DNA from: Macrostomum hystrix | Taxonomy: Eukaryota > Animalia > Platyhelminthes | DNA length: 64,000 bases | Direction of reading: 5' to 3' | Assembly (NCBI GenBank): GCA_950097015.1 | Contig: CATNEN010000038.1 | Coordinates: 13,578,001-13,642,000 of the forward strand | Part shown: positions 62,680 through 64,000 of the stretch, piece after piece | How the letters are laid out: each line of letters opens with the position of its first letter | How positions within the stretch are numbered: position 1 is the first letter of the stretch | Notes under the pieces: model-generated | The model's database searches: none | The model's input: the letters and a program-made list of their open reading frames with translations, nothing else | What the model was told of the DNA's origin: nothing | Made by a program: the position numbers and the translations under genes

Positions 62680-63561
62680 GGGCCGGTGGAGAATTGTCGA
62701 TATCCAGCGACAGTGACCCAACAGGCAGCATCTGTGGCGCCAAACGTTGCCAGAGTGACCGAGGTCGACAGAACTTCTACCACCGCTACTCTACCAGACA
62801 GCCTCTTCTGGCGACATGGGAAGTCCTGCCGTTACGTCTGCAAAAACTTTCTGGTCGGTTACATTGACGATCGGAGGCGGATGTACAGGATGGTGCGGGA
62901 GTCGCGGCTTCTTGGCGAGGTCGGCGGCCTCCAGGTGACAACCTTCGATGCTGTTCGGCGGTTCAATAACATGACCCTGACGAAAGAATCTCTTAGAATT
63001 CTCATTCTGCCTAACGCCGGGGGTAGCTCCCTGGTGTCTGAGGTGCTGTCCTACGAGTACATGCGCAAGTGTTATCAAGCCGAACTGCTCAAGACAGAAA
63101 TGGAGGTGGAGTACTTTCCGCTCGGCGGCTCCATCACCGACTATGTCATGCGACTATTCGATCGAAAGGTAAGGTTAGCTGTAAAGTTCGATTTCGGGAA
63201 TGTGTACTTAGAGTCAGCGTAGTGTCGTTAAAATGTGTCGTTTGGCCGATATGTATCGAAAAAAGTTTTTGTTTAGGTGGCTGTTTCGGTAACCCGAGGT
63301 GTCAAGTTCAACGGCGAGTTCACGGTGGAGGACGGCATCCGTCTGCTCACTAAGAAGCTGCTTGGAATCCGGCAGGCTGATAAAAACAATCTAGAATCCT
63401 GGCAACTTCACGTGCTACATGTGTGGGCCGACGGCCCGGCTGTGACGCGAGCGCTGGCCGCAGCCCACAGCCTGCTGCCGCAGAGTGTGCTCGGCAGCGC
63501 TGTGGTTCTCGTCACCTGCGTGCGCAACTGCCGAGAGATATTTACGAACAAAGTGGACTGA
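62680..63561 (+). CDS. Uncharacterised conserved protein, AAC4-like family; exons about 62680-63168 and 63277-63561; 5' end uncertain
   Basis: PNAGGSSLVSEVLSYE, LLKTEMEVEY, ITDY and AVSVTR resemble the Dictyostelium AAC4-like family as I recall it. Phase-0 GT-AG intron at 63169-63276. Confidence 0.75.
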
Positions 63562-64000
63562 CAGCTGCTGGTCGCTGAGCATGTAATTGAGCATCTGTCT
63601 TCTCTATGCTCAAAATTCTTAAAGGGATATTGGGTTGCCTTTCCTTTAAGGGGGTGGCTAATAAAGAGTGTCTATTATTCTTTTAAGACTTAAAACTGTA
63701 TAGGCTTTCAAGCACTACTTCACTACTTCAAGTAGTTTAAATTAGGGCTCATTCAAACTGGCTTAGCGAAATGTTGTTTAAAGCGCAAGGACTCGTCTGG
63801 AATCAGCTTAAGTGATGCGAACATATTCTATAGCACTAGCACTGCACATTTAGTTAGTAAATGCTCTCCCTCATTCGTCAGGGTCATGTCAGTTATGTAA
63901 TTACGAGCGTACCTTCTAATTTTTTATCCCTCTTTTATGTAGATGCATGTAAAAACCGTTGATTATAATGAGTACCTCCTCAAATACACTACGTACAGTT

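Overview
This is eukaryotic (metazoan) genomic DNA with GT-AG introns. The short introns, GC-rich exons with poly-Q/A tracts, dense minisatellites and transposon mix suggest a free-living flatworm such as Macrostomum (inference only). I reconstructed seven protein-coding genes by hand with phase-consistent exons: a 5'-partial TIA-1/TIAR (+), an F-box/LRR protein (-), an SDR9C-type short-chain dehydrogenase (-), an intronless MPC2 (-), a divergent CRTC/TORC (+), Frizzled-5/8 (-) and an uncharacterised AAC4-like protein (+). There is also an intact U6 snRNA gene. Mobile DNA includes a Helitron carrying two nested hAT elements, a decayed hAT transposase split by a MITE with a 9-bp TSD, a chimeric mariner, two Merlin remnants, a tRNA-derived SINE family, a young RTE-group LINE with an open EN-RT frame, and about a dozen tandem arrays. 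The most notable finding is a Penelope-type minimal hammerhead ribozyme (4711-4749) in a TIA-1 intron. It sits in a 211-bp near-perfect inverted repeat that places its exact antisense copy upstream in the same pre-mRNA. Also notable are three clustered TAGGCCTA footprints, a sharply bounded CpG-depleted domain and a satellite with 7-mer higher-order structure. Coordinates were counted by eye and may be off by a few bases.
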